Source: Eledone cirrhosa (Eukaryota). From it: a stretch of 64,000 bases of DNA. Positions 44,000-56,070 of the stretch are shown here, piece after piece. Location: NCBI GenBank assembly GCA_964016885.1, contig OZ024740.1:251720001-251784000 (forward strand), read 5' to 3'. The notes beneath the pieces were generated by a model. The model had not been told where the DNA came from and did no database searches. It saw only the letters and a program-made list of their open reading frames with translations. Position 1 is the first letter of the stretch. Each line of letters opens with the position of its first letter. Position numbers and translations under genes: made by a program.

Positions 44000-46900
44000 G
44001 AAGGATGTAAATTATCTCCCCTTGGACGGCTGGAAATTATCTCCCCTTGCAAGGCTGGAAATTATCTCCCCTTGATTTTTTTTACAAATTATCTCCCCCT
44101 GATTTTTTTTTACAAATTATCTCCCCCTGATTTTTTTTTACAAATTATCTCCCCCTGATTTTTTTTACAAATTATCTCCCCCTGATTTAAAAAAAAAAAA
44201 TTATCTCCCCTTCGCTGGCTGGAAATTATCTCCCCTTGGACGCTGGAAATTATAGCCCCTTGGAGGGCTGGAAATTATCTTCCCTTGGACGGCTGGAAAT
44301 TATCTTCCCTTGGACGGCTGGAAATTATCTCCCCTTGATTTTTTTTACAAATTATCTCCCCCTGATTTTTTTTTACAAATTATCTCCCCCTGATTTTTTT
44401 TTACAAATTATCTCCCCCTGATTTTTTTTTTACAAATTATCTCCGCTTGATTTTTTAAAAAAAATTATCTCCCCTTGGACGGCTGGAAATTATCTCCCCT
44501 TGGACGGCTGGAAATTATCTCCCCTTGGACGGCTAGAAATTATCTCTCCTTGGACGGCTGAAAATTATCTCCCCTTGGACGGCTGCAAATTATCTCCCCT
44601 TGATTTTTTTTACAAATTATCTCCCCCTGATTTTTTTTTACAAATTATCTCCCCCTCATTTTTTTACAAATTATCTACCCCTGATTTTTTTTACAAATTA
44701 TCTCCCCCTGATTTTTTTTTACAAATTATCTCCTGATTTTTTTTTACAAATTATCTCCCCCTGATTTTTTTTTTACAAATTATCTCCCCCTGATTTTTTT
44801 AAAAATTATCTCCCCCTGATTTTTTTACAATCTCCGCCTGATTTTTTTAAAAATTATCTTCCCTTGGCTGGCGGGAAATTATCTCCCCTTGGACGGCTGG
44901 AAATTATCTCCCCTTGGAAGGATGGAAATTATCTCCCCTTGGACGGCAGGATATTATCTCCCCTTGCACGGCTGGAAATTATCTCCCCTTGGCTGGAAAT
45001 TATCTCCCCTTGGACGGCTAGAAATTATCTCTCTTTGGACGGCTGGAAATTATCTCCCTTTGATTTTTTTTACAAATTATCTCCCTCTGATATTTTTTAC
45101 AAATCTCCCCCTGATTTTTTAAAAAAAATTATCTCCCCTTCGCTGGCTGGAAATTATCTCCCCTTGGACACTGGAAATTATAGCCCCTTGGAGGGCTGGA
45201 AATTATCTTCCCTTGGACGGCTGGAAATTATCTCCCCTTGATTTTTTTTACAAATTATCTCCGCCTGATTTTTTTTAAAAATTATCTCTCCTTGGACGGC
45301 TGGAAATTATCTCCCCTTGATTTTTTTTACAAATTATCTCCCCCTGATTTTTTTTACAAATTATCTCCCCCTGATTTTTTTTTACAAATTATCTACCACT
45401 GATTTTTTTTACAAATTATCTCCCCCTGATTTTTTTTACAAATTATCTCCCCCTGATTTTTCTTTTACAAATTATCTCCCCCTGATTTTTTTACAAATTA
45501 TCTCCCCCTGATTTTTTTTACAAATTATCTCCGCCTGATTATTTTAAATATTATCTTCCCTTGGCTGGCGGGAAATTATCTCCCCTTGGACGGCTGGAAA
45601 TTATCTGCCCTTGATTTTGTTTTTACAAATTATCTTCCACTGATTTTTTTTACAAATTATCTCCACCTGATTTTTTAAAAAATTATCTCCCCTTGGAAGG
45701 CTGGAAATTATCTCCCCTTGGACGGCTAGAAATTATCTCTCTTTGGACGGCTGGAAATTATCTCCCCTTGATTTTTTTTACAAATTATCTCCCCCTGATT
45801 TTTTTTACAAATATCCCAGTGATTTTTTTAAAAAAATTATCTCCCCTTCGCTGGCTGGAAATTATCTCCCCTTGGACGCTGGAAATTATAGCCCCTTGGA
45901 GGGCTGGAAATTATCTTCCCTTGGACGGCTGGAAATTATCTCCCCTTGATTTTTTTTACAAATTATCTCCCCCTGATTTTTTTTTACAAATTATCTCCCC
46001 CTGATTTTTTTTTACAAATTATCTCCCCCTGATTTTTTTTTACAACTTATCTCCGCCTGATTTTTTTTAAAAAATCATCTCCCCTTGGACGGCTGGAAAT
46101 TATCTCCCCTTGGACGGCTGGAAATTATCTCTCCTTGGACGGCTAGAAATTACCTCTCCTTGGACAATTGAAAATTATCTCCCCTTGGACGGCTGGAAAT
46201 TATCTCCCCTTGATTTTTTTTACAAATTATCTCCCCCTGATTTTTTTTACAAATTATCTCCCCTGATTTTTTTTTACAAATTATCTCTCCCTGATTTTTT
46301 TTTACAAATTATCTCCCCCTGATTTTTTTTACAAATTATCTCCCCCTGATTTTTTTACAAATTATCTCCCCTTGGCTGGCTGGAAATTATCTCCCCTTGG
46401 AGGCAGGAATTTATCTCCCCTTGGACGGCTAGAAATTACCTCTCCTTGGACGGCTGGAAAATATGTCTCCTTGGACGGCTGGAAATTATCTCCCCTTGGA
46501 CGGCTGGAAATTATCTCCCCTTGGACGGCTGGAAATTATCTCCCCTTGGACGGCTAGAAATTACCTCTCCTTGGACGGCTGAAAATTATCTCCCCTTGGA
46601 CGGCTGGAAATTATCTCCCCTTGATTTTTTTACAAATTATCTCCCTCTGATTTTTTTTTACAAATTATCTCCCCCTGATTTTTTTTACAAATTATCTCCC
46701 CCTGATTTTTTTTACAAATTATCTCCCCCTGATTTTTTACAAATTATCTCCGCCTGATTTTTATAAATATTATCTCTCCTTGGCTGGCGGGAAATTATCT
46801 CCCCTTGGACGGCTGCAAATTATCTCCGCTTGATTTTTTTTACAAATTATCTCCCCCTGATTTTTTTTTACAAATTATCTCCCCCTGATTTTTTTTACAA

Positions 46901-48400
46901 ATTATCTCCCCCTGATTTTTTTTACAAATTATCTCCCCCTGATTTTTTTTTACAAATTATCTCCCCTTGATTTTTTTTTACAAATTATCTCCCCCTGATT
47001 TTTTTTTTACAAATTATCTCCCCCTGATTTTTTTACAAATTATCTCCCCCTGATTTTTTTTACAAATTATCTCCCCCTGATTTTTTTTACAAATTATCTC
47101 CCCTTGATTTTTTTTTACAAATTATCTCCCCCTGATTTTTTTTTTACAAATTATCTCCCCCTGATTTTTTTAAAAATTATCTTCCCTTGGCTGGCGGGAA
47201 ATTATCTCCCCTTGGACGGCTGGAAATTATCTCCCCTTGGAAGGATGTAAATTATCTCCCCTTGGACGGCTGGAAATTATCTCCCCTTGCACGGCTGGCA
47301 ATTATCTCCCCTTGATTTTTTTTACAAATTATCTCCCCCTGATTTTTTTTTACAAATTATCTCCCCCTGATTTTTTTTTACAAATTATCTCCCCCTGATT
47401 TTTTTTACAAATTATCTCCCCCTGATTTTTAAAAAAAAAATTATCTCCCCTTCGCTGGCTGGAAATTATCTCCCCTTGGACGCTGGAAATTATAGCCCCT
47501 TGGAGGGCTGGAAATTATCTTCCCTTGGACGGCTGGAAATTATCTTCCCTTGGACGGCTGGAAATTATCTCCCCTTGATTTTTTTTACAAATTATCTCCC
47601 CCTGATTTTTTTTTACAAATTATCTCCCCCTGATTTTTTTTTACAAATTATCTCCCCCTGATTTTTTTTTTACAAATTATCTCCGCTTGATTTTTTAAAA
47701 AAAATTATCTCCCCTTGGACGGCTGGAAATTATCTCCCCGTGGACGGCTGGAAATTATCTCCCCTTGGACGGCTAGAAATTATCTCTCCTTGGACGGCTG
47801 AAAATTATCTCCCCTTGATTTTTTTTACAAATTATCTCCCCCTGATTTTTTTTTACAAATTATCTCCCCCTGATTTTTTTTACAAATTATCTACCCCTGA
47901 TTTTTTTTACAAATTATCTCCCCCTGATTTTTTTTACAAATTATCTCCCTCTGATTTTTTTTTACAAATTATCTCCCCCTGATTTTTTTTTTACAAATTA
48001 TCTCCCCCTGATTTTTTTACAAATTATCTCCCCCTGATTTTTTTTACAATCTCCGCCTGATTTTTTAAAAAATTATCTTCCCTTGGCTGGCGGGAAATTA
48101 TCTCCCCTTGGACGGCTGGAAATTATCTCCCCTTGGACGGCTAGAAATTATCTCTCTTTGGACGGCTGGAAATTATCTCCCCTTGATTTTTTTTACAAAT
48201 TATCTCCCCCTGATTTTTTTTACAAATTATCCCCGCATGATTTTTTAAAAAAAAATTATCTCCCCTTCGCTGGCTGGAAATTATCTCCCCTTGGACGCTG
48301 GAAATTATAGCCCCTTGGAGGGCTGGAAATTATCTTCCCTTGGACGGCTGGAAATTATCTCCCCTTGATTTTTTTTACAAATTATCTCCCCCTGATTTTT
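44000..48400 (+). repeat. Third copy of the ~4,900-9,400 / ~33,500-37,300 block
   Basis: Offsets of ~10,450 to copy 2 (34414/44864, 35243/45693, 37027/47476) and ~39,080 to copy 1 (5786/44864, 9004/48083). Shared CTACCACT and CCCCGTGGA variants. Confidence 0.82.
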
Positions 48401-50670
48401 TTTTACAAATTATCTCCCCCTGATTTTTTTTTACAAATTATCTCCCCCTGATTTTTTTTTTTACAAATTATCACCGCCTGATTTTAAAAAAAAAATTATC
48501 TCCCCTTGGACGGCTGGAAATTATCTCCCCTTGGACGGCTGGAAATTATCTCCCCTTGGACGGCTAGAAATTACCTCTCCTTGGACGGCTGAAAATTATC
48601 TCCCCTTGGACGGCTGCAAATTATCTCCCCTTGATTTTTTTTACAAATTATCTCCGCCTGATTTTTTTTACAAATTATCTCCCCCTGATTTTTTTTACAA
48701 ATTATCTCCCCCTGATTTTTTTTTACAAATTATCTCCCCCTGATTTTTTTTTACAAATTATCTCCCCCTGATTTTTTTTACAAATTATCTCCCCCTGATT
48801 TTTTTTACAAATTATCTCCCCCTGATTTTTTTTTACAAATTATCTCCCCTTGATTTCTTTTTACAAATTATCTCCCCCTGATTTTTTTTTTACAAATTAT
48901 CTCCCCCTGATTTTTTTACAAATTATCTCCCCCTGATTTTTTTTACAAATTATCTCCCCCTGATTTTTTTTACAAATTATCTCCCCCTGATTTTTTTTTT
49001 ACAAATTATCTCCCCCTGATTTTTTTAAAAATTATCTTCCCTTGGCTGGCGGGAAATTATCTCCCCTTGGACGGCTGGAAATTATCTCCCCTTGGAAGGA
49101 TGTAAATTATCTCCCCTTGGACGGCTGGAAATTATCTCCCCTTGCACGGCTGGAAATTATCTCCCCTTGATTTTTTTTACAAATTATCTCCCCCTGATTT
49201 TTTTTTACAAATTATCTCCCCCTGATTTTTTTTACAAATTATCTCCCCCTGATTTTTTTTACAAATTATCTCCCCCTGATTTTTAAAAAAAAAATTATCT
49301 CCACTTCGCTGGCTGGAAATTATCTCCCCTTGGACGCTGGAAATTATAGCCCCTTGGAGGGCTGGAAATTATCTTCCCTTGGACGGCTGGAAATTATCTT
49401 CCCTTGGACGGCTGGAAATTATCTCCCCTTGATTTTTTTTACAAATTATCTCCCCCTGATTTTTTTTTACAAATTATCTCCCCCTGATTTTTTTTTACAA
49501 ATTATCTCCCCCTGATTTTTTTTTTACAAATTATCTCCGCTTGATTTTTTAAAAAAAATTATCTCCCCTTGGACGGCTGGAAATTATCTCCCCTTGGACG
49601 GCTGGAAATTATCTCCCCTTGGACGGCTAGAAATTATCTCTCCTTGGACGGCTGAAAATTATCTCCCCTTGGACGGCTGCAAATTATCTCCCCTTGATTT
49701 TTTTTACAAATTATCTCCCCCTGATTTTTTTTTACAAATTATCTCCCCCTGATTTTTTTTACAAATTATCTACCCCTGATTTTTTTTACAAATTATCTCG
49801 CCCTGATTTTTTTTTACAAATTATCTCCCTCTGATTTTTTTTACAAATTATCTCCCCCTGATTTTTTTTTTACAAATTATCTCCCCCTGATTTTTTTAAA
49901 AATTATCTCCCCCTGATTTTTTTACAATCTCCGCCTGATTTTTTTAAAAATTATCTTCCCTTGGCTGGCGGGAAATTATCTCCCCTTGGACGGCTGGAAA
50001 TTATCTCCCCTTGGAAGGATGGAAATTATCTCCCCTTGGATGGCTGGAAATTATCTCCCCTTGCACGGCTGGAAATTATCTCCCCTTGGCTGGAAATTAT
50101 CTCCCCTTGGACGGCTAGAAATTATCTCTCTTTGGACGGCTGGAAATTATCTCCCTTTGATTTTTTTTACAAATTATCTCCCTCTGATATTTTTTACAAA
50201 TCTCCCCCTGATTTTTAAAAAAAAATTATCTCCCCTTCGCTGGCTGGAAATTATCTCCCCTTGGACACTGGAAATTAGAGCCCCTTGGAGGGCTGGAAAT
50301 TATCTTCCCTTGGACGGCTGGAAATTATCTCCCCTTGATTTTTTTTACAAATTATCTCCGCCTGATTTTTTTTTTAAATTATCTCTCCTTGGACGGCTGG
50401 AAATTATCTCCCCTTGATTTTTTTTACAAATTATCTCCCCCTGATTTTTTTTTACAAATTATCTCCCCCTGATTTTTTTTTACAAATTATCTACCCCTGA
50501 TTTTTTTTACAAATTATCTCCCCCTGATTTTTTTTACAAATTATCTCCCCCTGATTTTTCTTTTACAAATTATCTCCCCCTGATTTTTTTACAAATTATC
50601 TCCCCCTGATTTTTTTTACAAATTATCTCCGCCTGATTTTTTTAAATATTATCTTACCTTGGCTGGCGGG

Positions 50671-50920
50671 AAATTATCTCCCATTTGACGACTGGAATTT
50701 ATCTCCCCTTGGCCGGCTGGATATTATCTCCCCTTGGCCGACTGGAAATTATCTCCCCTTAGTCGGCTGGAAATTATCTCCCCTCGGCTGTCTGGAAATT
50801 ATCTCCCATTTGACGACTGGAATTTATCTCCCCTTTGCCGGCTGGATATTATCTCCCCTTGGCCGACTGGAAATTATCTCCCCTTAGTCGGCTGGAAATT
50901 ATCTCCCCTTGGCCGGCCCG
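50671..50920 (+). repeat. Junction 125-bp (5-monomer) tandem duplication
   Basis: CCCATTTGACGACTGG / GGATA / GGCCGACTGG / TTAGTCGG occur in the same order at 50671-50795 and 50796-50920. Confidence 0.88.
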
Positions 50921-53900
50921 AAATTATCTCCCCTAAAGTAAATTAAATTAAATTAAATTAAATTAAATTAAAAAACGAAACGAAACCGGTATACCTAAAA
51001 AAACAAACGAGAAGAAACCGGGAAACCTAAAAAATCGAACGAAACGAAATTATCTCCCCTTGGCCTGCTGGAAATTATCTCTCCTTGGCCGGCTGAAAAT
51101 TATCTCCCCTTGGCTAGCTGGAAATTATCTCCCCTTGGCCGGCTGAAAATTATCTCCCTTTGGCCGGCTGGATACTATCTCCCCTTGGTCAGCTAGAAAT
51201 TATCTCCCCTTGGCCGGCTGGAAATTATCTCCCCTTGGCCGGCTGGAAATTATCTCCTCTTCGCCGGCTGGAAATTATCTCGCCTTGGCCGGCTGGAAAT
51301 TATCTCCTCTAAATTAAATTAAATTAAATTAAATTAAATTAAATTAAATCAAATTAATTAAATTAATTAATTAATTAATTTTATTTTTTTTATTCTAATT
51401 ATTTTTATTTTTTTTATTAATTACGTTATTAATTAATTAATTAATTATGTTAATTGATTTTATTTCAATCCAATGAAATTTAATTTAATTTAATTTAATA
51501 TAATTTAATTTAATTTAATTTTATTTTATTTAAAAAACGAAACGAAACCGGGGTACCAAAAAAACGAACGAAAAGAAACCGGGGAACCTAAAAAATCGAA
51601 CGAAATGAAATTATCTCCCCTTGGCTTGCTGTAAATTATCTCAACTCGGCCGGCTGGATACTATCTCCCCTTGCCCGGCTGGAAATTATCTCCCTTTAGC
51701 CGGCTGGAAATTATCTGCCCTTGGCCGGCTGGATAATATCTCCCCTTGGCCGGCTGGAAATTATGTTCTCTTGGCCGGCTGGAAATTATCTCCCCTTGGC
51801 CGGCTGGAAATTATCTCCCCTTGGCCGGCTGGAAATTATCTCCCCTTGGCCGGCTGGATATTATCTGCCCTTGGCCGGCTGGATGTTATCTCCCCTTGGC
51901 CAGCTAGAAATTATCTCCCTTTGGCCGGCTGGAAATTATCTTCTCTTGGCCGGCTGGAAATTATCTCCCTTTGGCCGGCTGGATATTATCTCCCCTTGGT
52001 CGGCTGGATATGATCTCCCCTTGGCCGGCTGGAAATATACTCCCCTTGGCCGTTGGAAATTATCTCCCCTTGGCCGGCTGGAAATTATCTCCTCTTGGCC
52101 GGCTGGATATTATCTCCCCTTGGCCGGCTGGATATTATCTCCCCTCGGCCGGCTGGAAATTATCTCCCCTTGGCCGGCTGGAATTTATCTCCCCTTGGCC
52201 GGCTGGATTTTATACCCCGTTGGCCGGCTGGTAATAATCTCCCCTTGCCCGGCTCGAAAATATCTCCCCTAAATTAAATTAAATTAAATTAAATCTAATT
52301 AATTAAATTAATTAATTAATTATATTTTTTTTATTTTATTTATTTTTATTTTTTTTTATTAATTACGTTATTAATTAATTAATTATGTAAATTGATTTTA
52401 TTTCAATTTAATGTTATTTCATTTAATTTAATTTAATTTAATTTAATTTAATTTAATTTACTTTAAATCAATTTAATTTAATCTAATTTAATTTAAGTTA
52501 ATTTTATTTTATTTTATTTCAAAAACGAAACGAAACCCGTGTACCTAAAAAAACAAACGAAAAGAAACCGGGGAACCTAAAAAATCGAACGAAACGAAAT
52601 TATCTCCCCTTGGCCTGCTGGAAATTATCTTCCCTTGGCCGGCTTGATATTATCTCCTCTTGGCAGGCTGGAAATTATCTCCCCTTGGCCGACTGGAAAT
52701 TATCTCTCCTTGGGCGGCGGGATATTATCTCCCCTTGGCCGGCTGGAAGTTATCTCCCCTTGGCCAGCTGGAAATTATCTCGCCTTGGCCGGCTGGAATT
52801 TAGCTCTCCTTGGCCGGCTGGAAATATACTCCCCTTGGCCGGCTGGAAATATACTCCCCTTGGCCGGCTGGAAATTATGTCCTCTTGGCCGGCTGGATAT
52901 TATCTCCCCTTGGCTGCTGGATATTATCACCCCTTGGCCAGCTGGAAATTATCTCCACTTGGCCGGCTGCAAATTATCTCCTCTTGGCCAGCTGGAAATT
53001 ATCTCCCCTAAATTAAATTAAATTAAATCAAATTAATTAAATTAATTAATTAATTGATTATATTTTTTTTATTTTATTTATTTTAATTTTTTTTTAATTA
53101 CGTTATTAATTAATTAATTAATTATGTAAATTGATTTTATTTTAATTTAATGTAATTTAATTTAATTTAATTTACTTTAATTCAATTTAATTTAATTTTA
53201 TTTAATTTTATTTTATTTTATTTAAAAAACGAAACGAAACCGGGGCACCTAAAAAAATAAACGAAAAGAAACCGGGGAACCTAAAAAATCGAACGAAATG
53301 AAATTATCTCCCCTTGGCTTGCTGGAAATTATCTCAACTCGACCGGCTGGATACTATCTCCCCTTGGCCGGCTGGAAATTATCTCCCCTTAGCCGGCTGG
53401 AAATTATCTCCCATTGGCCGGCTGGATATTATCTCCCCTTGGCCGGCTGGATGTTATCTCCCCTTGGCCAGCTAGAAATTATCTCCACTTGGCCGGCTGG
53501 AAATTATCTTCTCTTGGCCGGCTGGAAATTATCTCCCTTTGGCCGGCTGCATATTATCTCCCCTTGGCCGGCTGGATATGATCTCCCCTTGGCCGGCTGG
53601 AAATTATCTCCCCTTGGCAGGTTGGAAATTATCTCCCCTTGGCCGGCTGGAAATTATCTCCCCTTGGCCGGCTGGAAATAATCTCCCCTTGGCCGGCCGG
53701 AAATTATCTCCCTTTGGCCGGCTGGATATTATCTCCGCTTGGCCGGCTGGAAATTATCTCCCCTTGGCCGGCTGGATATTATCTCCCCTCGGCCGGCTGG
53801 AAATTATCTCCCCTTGGCCGGCTGGAATTTATCTCCCCTTGGCCGGCTGGAATTTATATCCCCTTGCCCGGCTCGAAAATATCTCCCCTAAATAAAATTA

Positions 53901-55766
53901 AATTAAATTAAATTAAATCAAATAAATTAAATTAATTAATTAATTATATTTTTTTTATTTTATTTATTTTTATTTTTTTTTATTAATTACGTTATTAATT
54001 AATTAATTAATTATGTAAATTGATTTCATTTCAATTTAATGTAATTTAATTTAATTTAATTTACTTTAATTCAATTCAATTTAATTTAATTTAATTTTAT
54101 TTTATTTAAAAAACGAAACGAAACCGGGGTACCTAAAAAAACAAACGAAAAGAAACCGGGGAACCTAAAAAATCGAACGAAATGAAATTATCTCCCCTTG
54201 GCTTGCTGGAAATTATCTCAACTCGGCCGGCTGGATACTATCTCCCCTTGGCCGGCTGGATATTATCTCCCCTTAGCCGGCTGGAATTTATCTCCCCTTG
54301 GCCGGCTGGATATTATCTCCACTTGGTCGGCTGGAAATTCTCTTCTCTTGGCCGGCTGGAAATTATCTCGCCTTGGCCGGCTGGAAATTATCTCCCCTTG
54401 GCCGGCTGGATATTATCTCCCCTTGGCCAGCTAGAAATTATCTCCCCTTGGCCGGCTGGAAATTATCTTCTCTAGGCCGGCTGGAAATTATATCCCTTTG
54501 GCCAGCTGGAAGTTATCTCCCCTTGGCTGGCTGGATATTATCTCCCATTGGCCCACTGGAAATTATCTCCCCTTAACCGGCTGGAAATTATCTCCCCTTG
54601 ACCGGCACGAAATTATCTCCCCTAAAGTAAATTAAATCAAATTAATTAAATTAATTAATTAATTATTTATATTTTTTTTATTTTATTTATTTTATTTTTT
54701 TTATTAATTACGTTATTAATTAATTAATTAATTATGTAAATTGATTTTATTTCAATTTAATGTAATTTAATTTAATTTAATTTAATTTACTTTAATTCAA
54801 TTTAATTTAATTCAATTTAATTTAATTTTATTTTATTTTATTTTATTTCATTTAAAAAACGAAACGAAACCGGTATACCTAAAAAAACAAACGAAAAGAA
54901 ACCGGGGAACCTAAAAAATCGAACGAAACGAAATTATCTCCCCTTGGCCTGCTGGAAATTATCTCCCCTTGGCCGGCTGGAAATTATCTCCCCTTGGCCG
55001 GCTCGAAATTATCTCCCATTAGCTGGCTGGAAATTATCTCCCCTTGGCCGGCTGGAAATTATCTCCCCTTGGCCGTCTGGAAATCATCGCCCCTTGGCCG
55101 GCTGGATTTATGTCCCCTTGGCCGGCTGGATATTATCTCCCCTTGGCCAGCTGGAAATTATCTCCACTTGGCCGGCTGCAAATTATCTCCTCTTGGCCAG
55201 CTGGAAATTATCTCCCCTAAATTAAATGAAATTAAATTAAATTAAATCAAATTAATTAATTTAATTAATTAATTAATTTTATTTTTTTTATTCTAATTAT
55301 TTTTATTTTTTTTTATTAATTACTTAATTAATTATGTTAATTGATTTTATTTCAATCCAATGTAATTTAATTTAATTTAATTTAATTTAATTTTATTTTA
55401 TTTTATTTAAAAAACGAAATAAAATCGCGGTACCTAAAAAAACAAACGAAACGAAATTATCTCCCCTTGGTCTGCTGGAAATTTTCTCCCCTTGGCCGGC
55501 TGGATATTATCTCCCCTTGGCCGACTGCAAATTATCTTCTCTTGGCCGGCTGGAAATTATCTCCCTTTGGCCGGCTGGAAATTATCTCCCCTTGGCCGGC
55601 TGGAAATTATCTCCCATTGGCTGGCTGGAAATTATCATCCCTAGGCCGGCTGGGAATTAACTCCACTTGGCTGGCTAGAAACTATCTTCCCTTGGCCGGC
55701 TGGATATTATCTCCCCTTGGCCGGCTAGAAATAATCTCCCCTTAGCCGGCTCGAAATTATCTCCCC

Positions 55767-55993
55767 TAAATTAAATTAAATTAAATTAAATTAAATTAAA
55801 TCAAATTAATTAAATTAATTAATTAATTAATTTTATTTTTTTTATTCTAATTATTTTTATTTTTTTTATTAATTACGTTATTAATTAATTAATTAATTAT
55901 GTTAATTGATTTTATTTCAATCCAATGTAATTTAATTTAATTTAATTTAATTTAATTTTATTTTATTTTATTTTATTTTATTTTATTTTATTT
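55767..55993. repeat. Representative domain-B AT-rich fold-back spacer: (TAAAT)n ... ATTAATTACGTTATTAAT ... (ATTTA)n(ATTTT)n
   Basis: Almost exclusively A/T. The left (TAAAT)n arm is the reverse complement of the right (ATTTA)n arm. There are 18 substantial copies plus one truncated copy at ~50934-50969. Confidence 0.93.
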
Positions 55994-56070
55994 AAAAAAC
56001 GAAACGAAACCGGGGTACCTAAAAAAACGAACGAAAAGAAACCGGGGAACCTAAAAAATCGAACGAAATG
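55994..56070 (+). repeat. Representative domain-B head element (~76 bp; 19 copies)
   Basis: AAAAAACGAAACGAAACCGGGGTACCTAAAAAAACGAACGAAAAGAAACCGGGGAACCTAAAAAATCGAACGAAATG runs directly into AAATTATC. It is internally built of ~27-32-bp subrepeats. Confidence 0.93.

Larger units (their letters stand above)
1..50670 (+). repeat. Composite satellite array, domain A: interleaved 25-bp G monomers and 26-30-bp T-tract monomers sharing the core AAATTATCTCCCC
   Basis: Continuous head-to-tail copies of AAATTATCTCCCCTTGGACGGCTGG and AAATTATCTCCCCCTGA(T)7-11AC with no intervening unique sequence. Roughly 1,900 monomers, estimated as length divided by ~26.5 bp. The array continues beyond the left edge. 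Confidence 0.98.

Noticed and set aside
1-50670. G-quadruplex / i-motif array from G4-5 runs on the minus strand
   Set aside because: Runs are separated by ~21-25-nt loops, far longer than canonical stable G4 loops. It cannot be supported without experiment.
52266-52273. Telomere-like motifs (CCCTAAA at array ends; AACCT/TACCT in heads)
   Set aside because: They are single, non-tandem occurrences explained by the core CCCC abutting TAAAT or by the head subrepeat. There is no telomeric array.
55994-56070. CENP-B box or yeast CDEIII in the head
   Set aside because: TTCG and CGGG are present but not on the same strand with the TTCG-N4-A-N2-CGGG spacing. There is no CDEI/CDEIII consensus.
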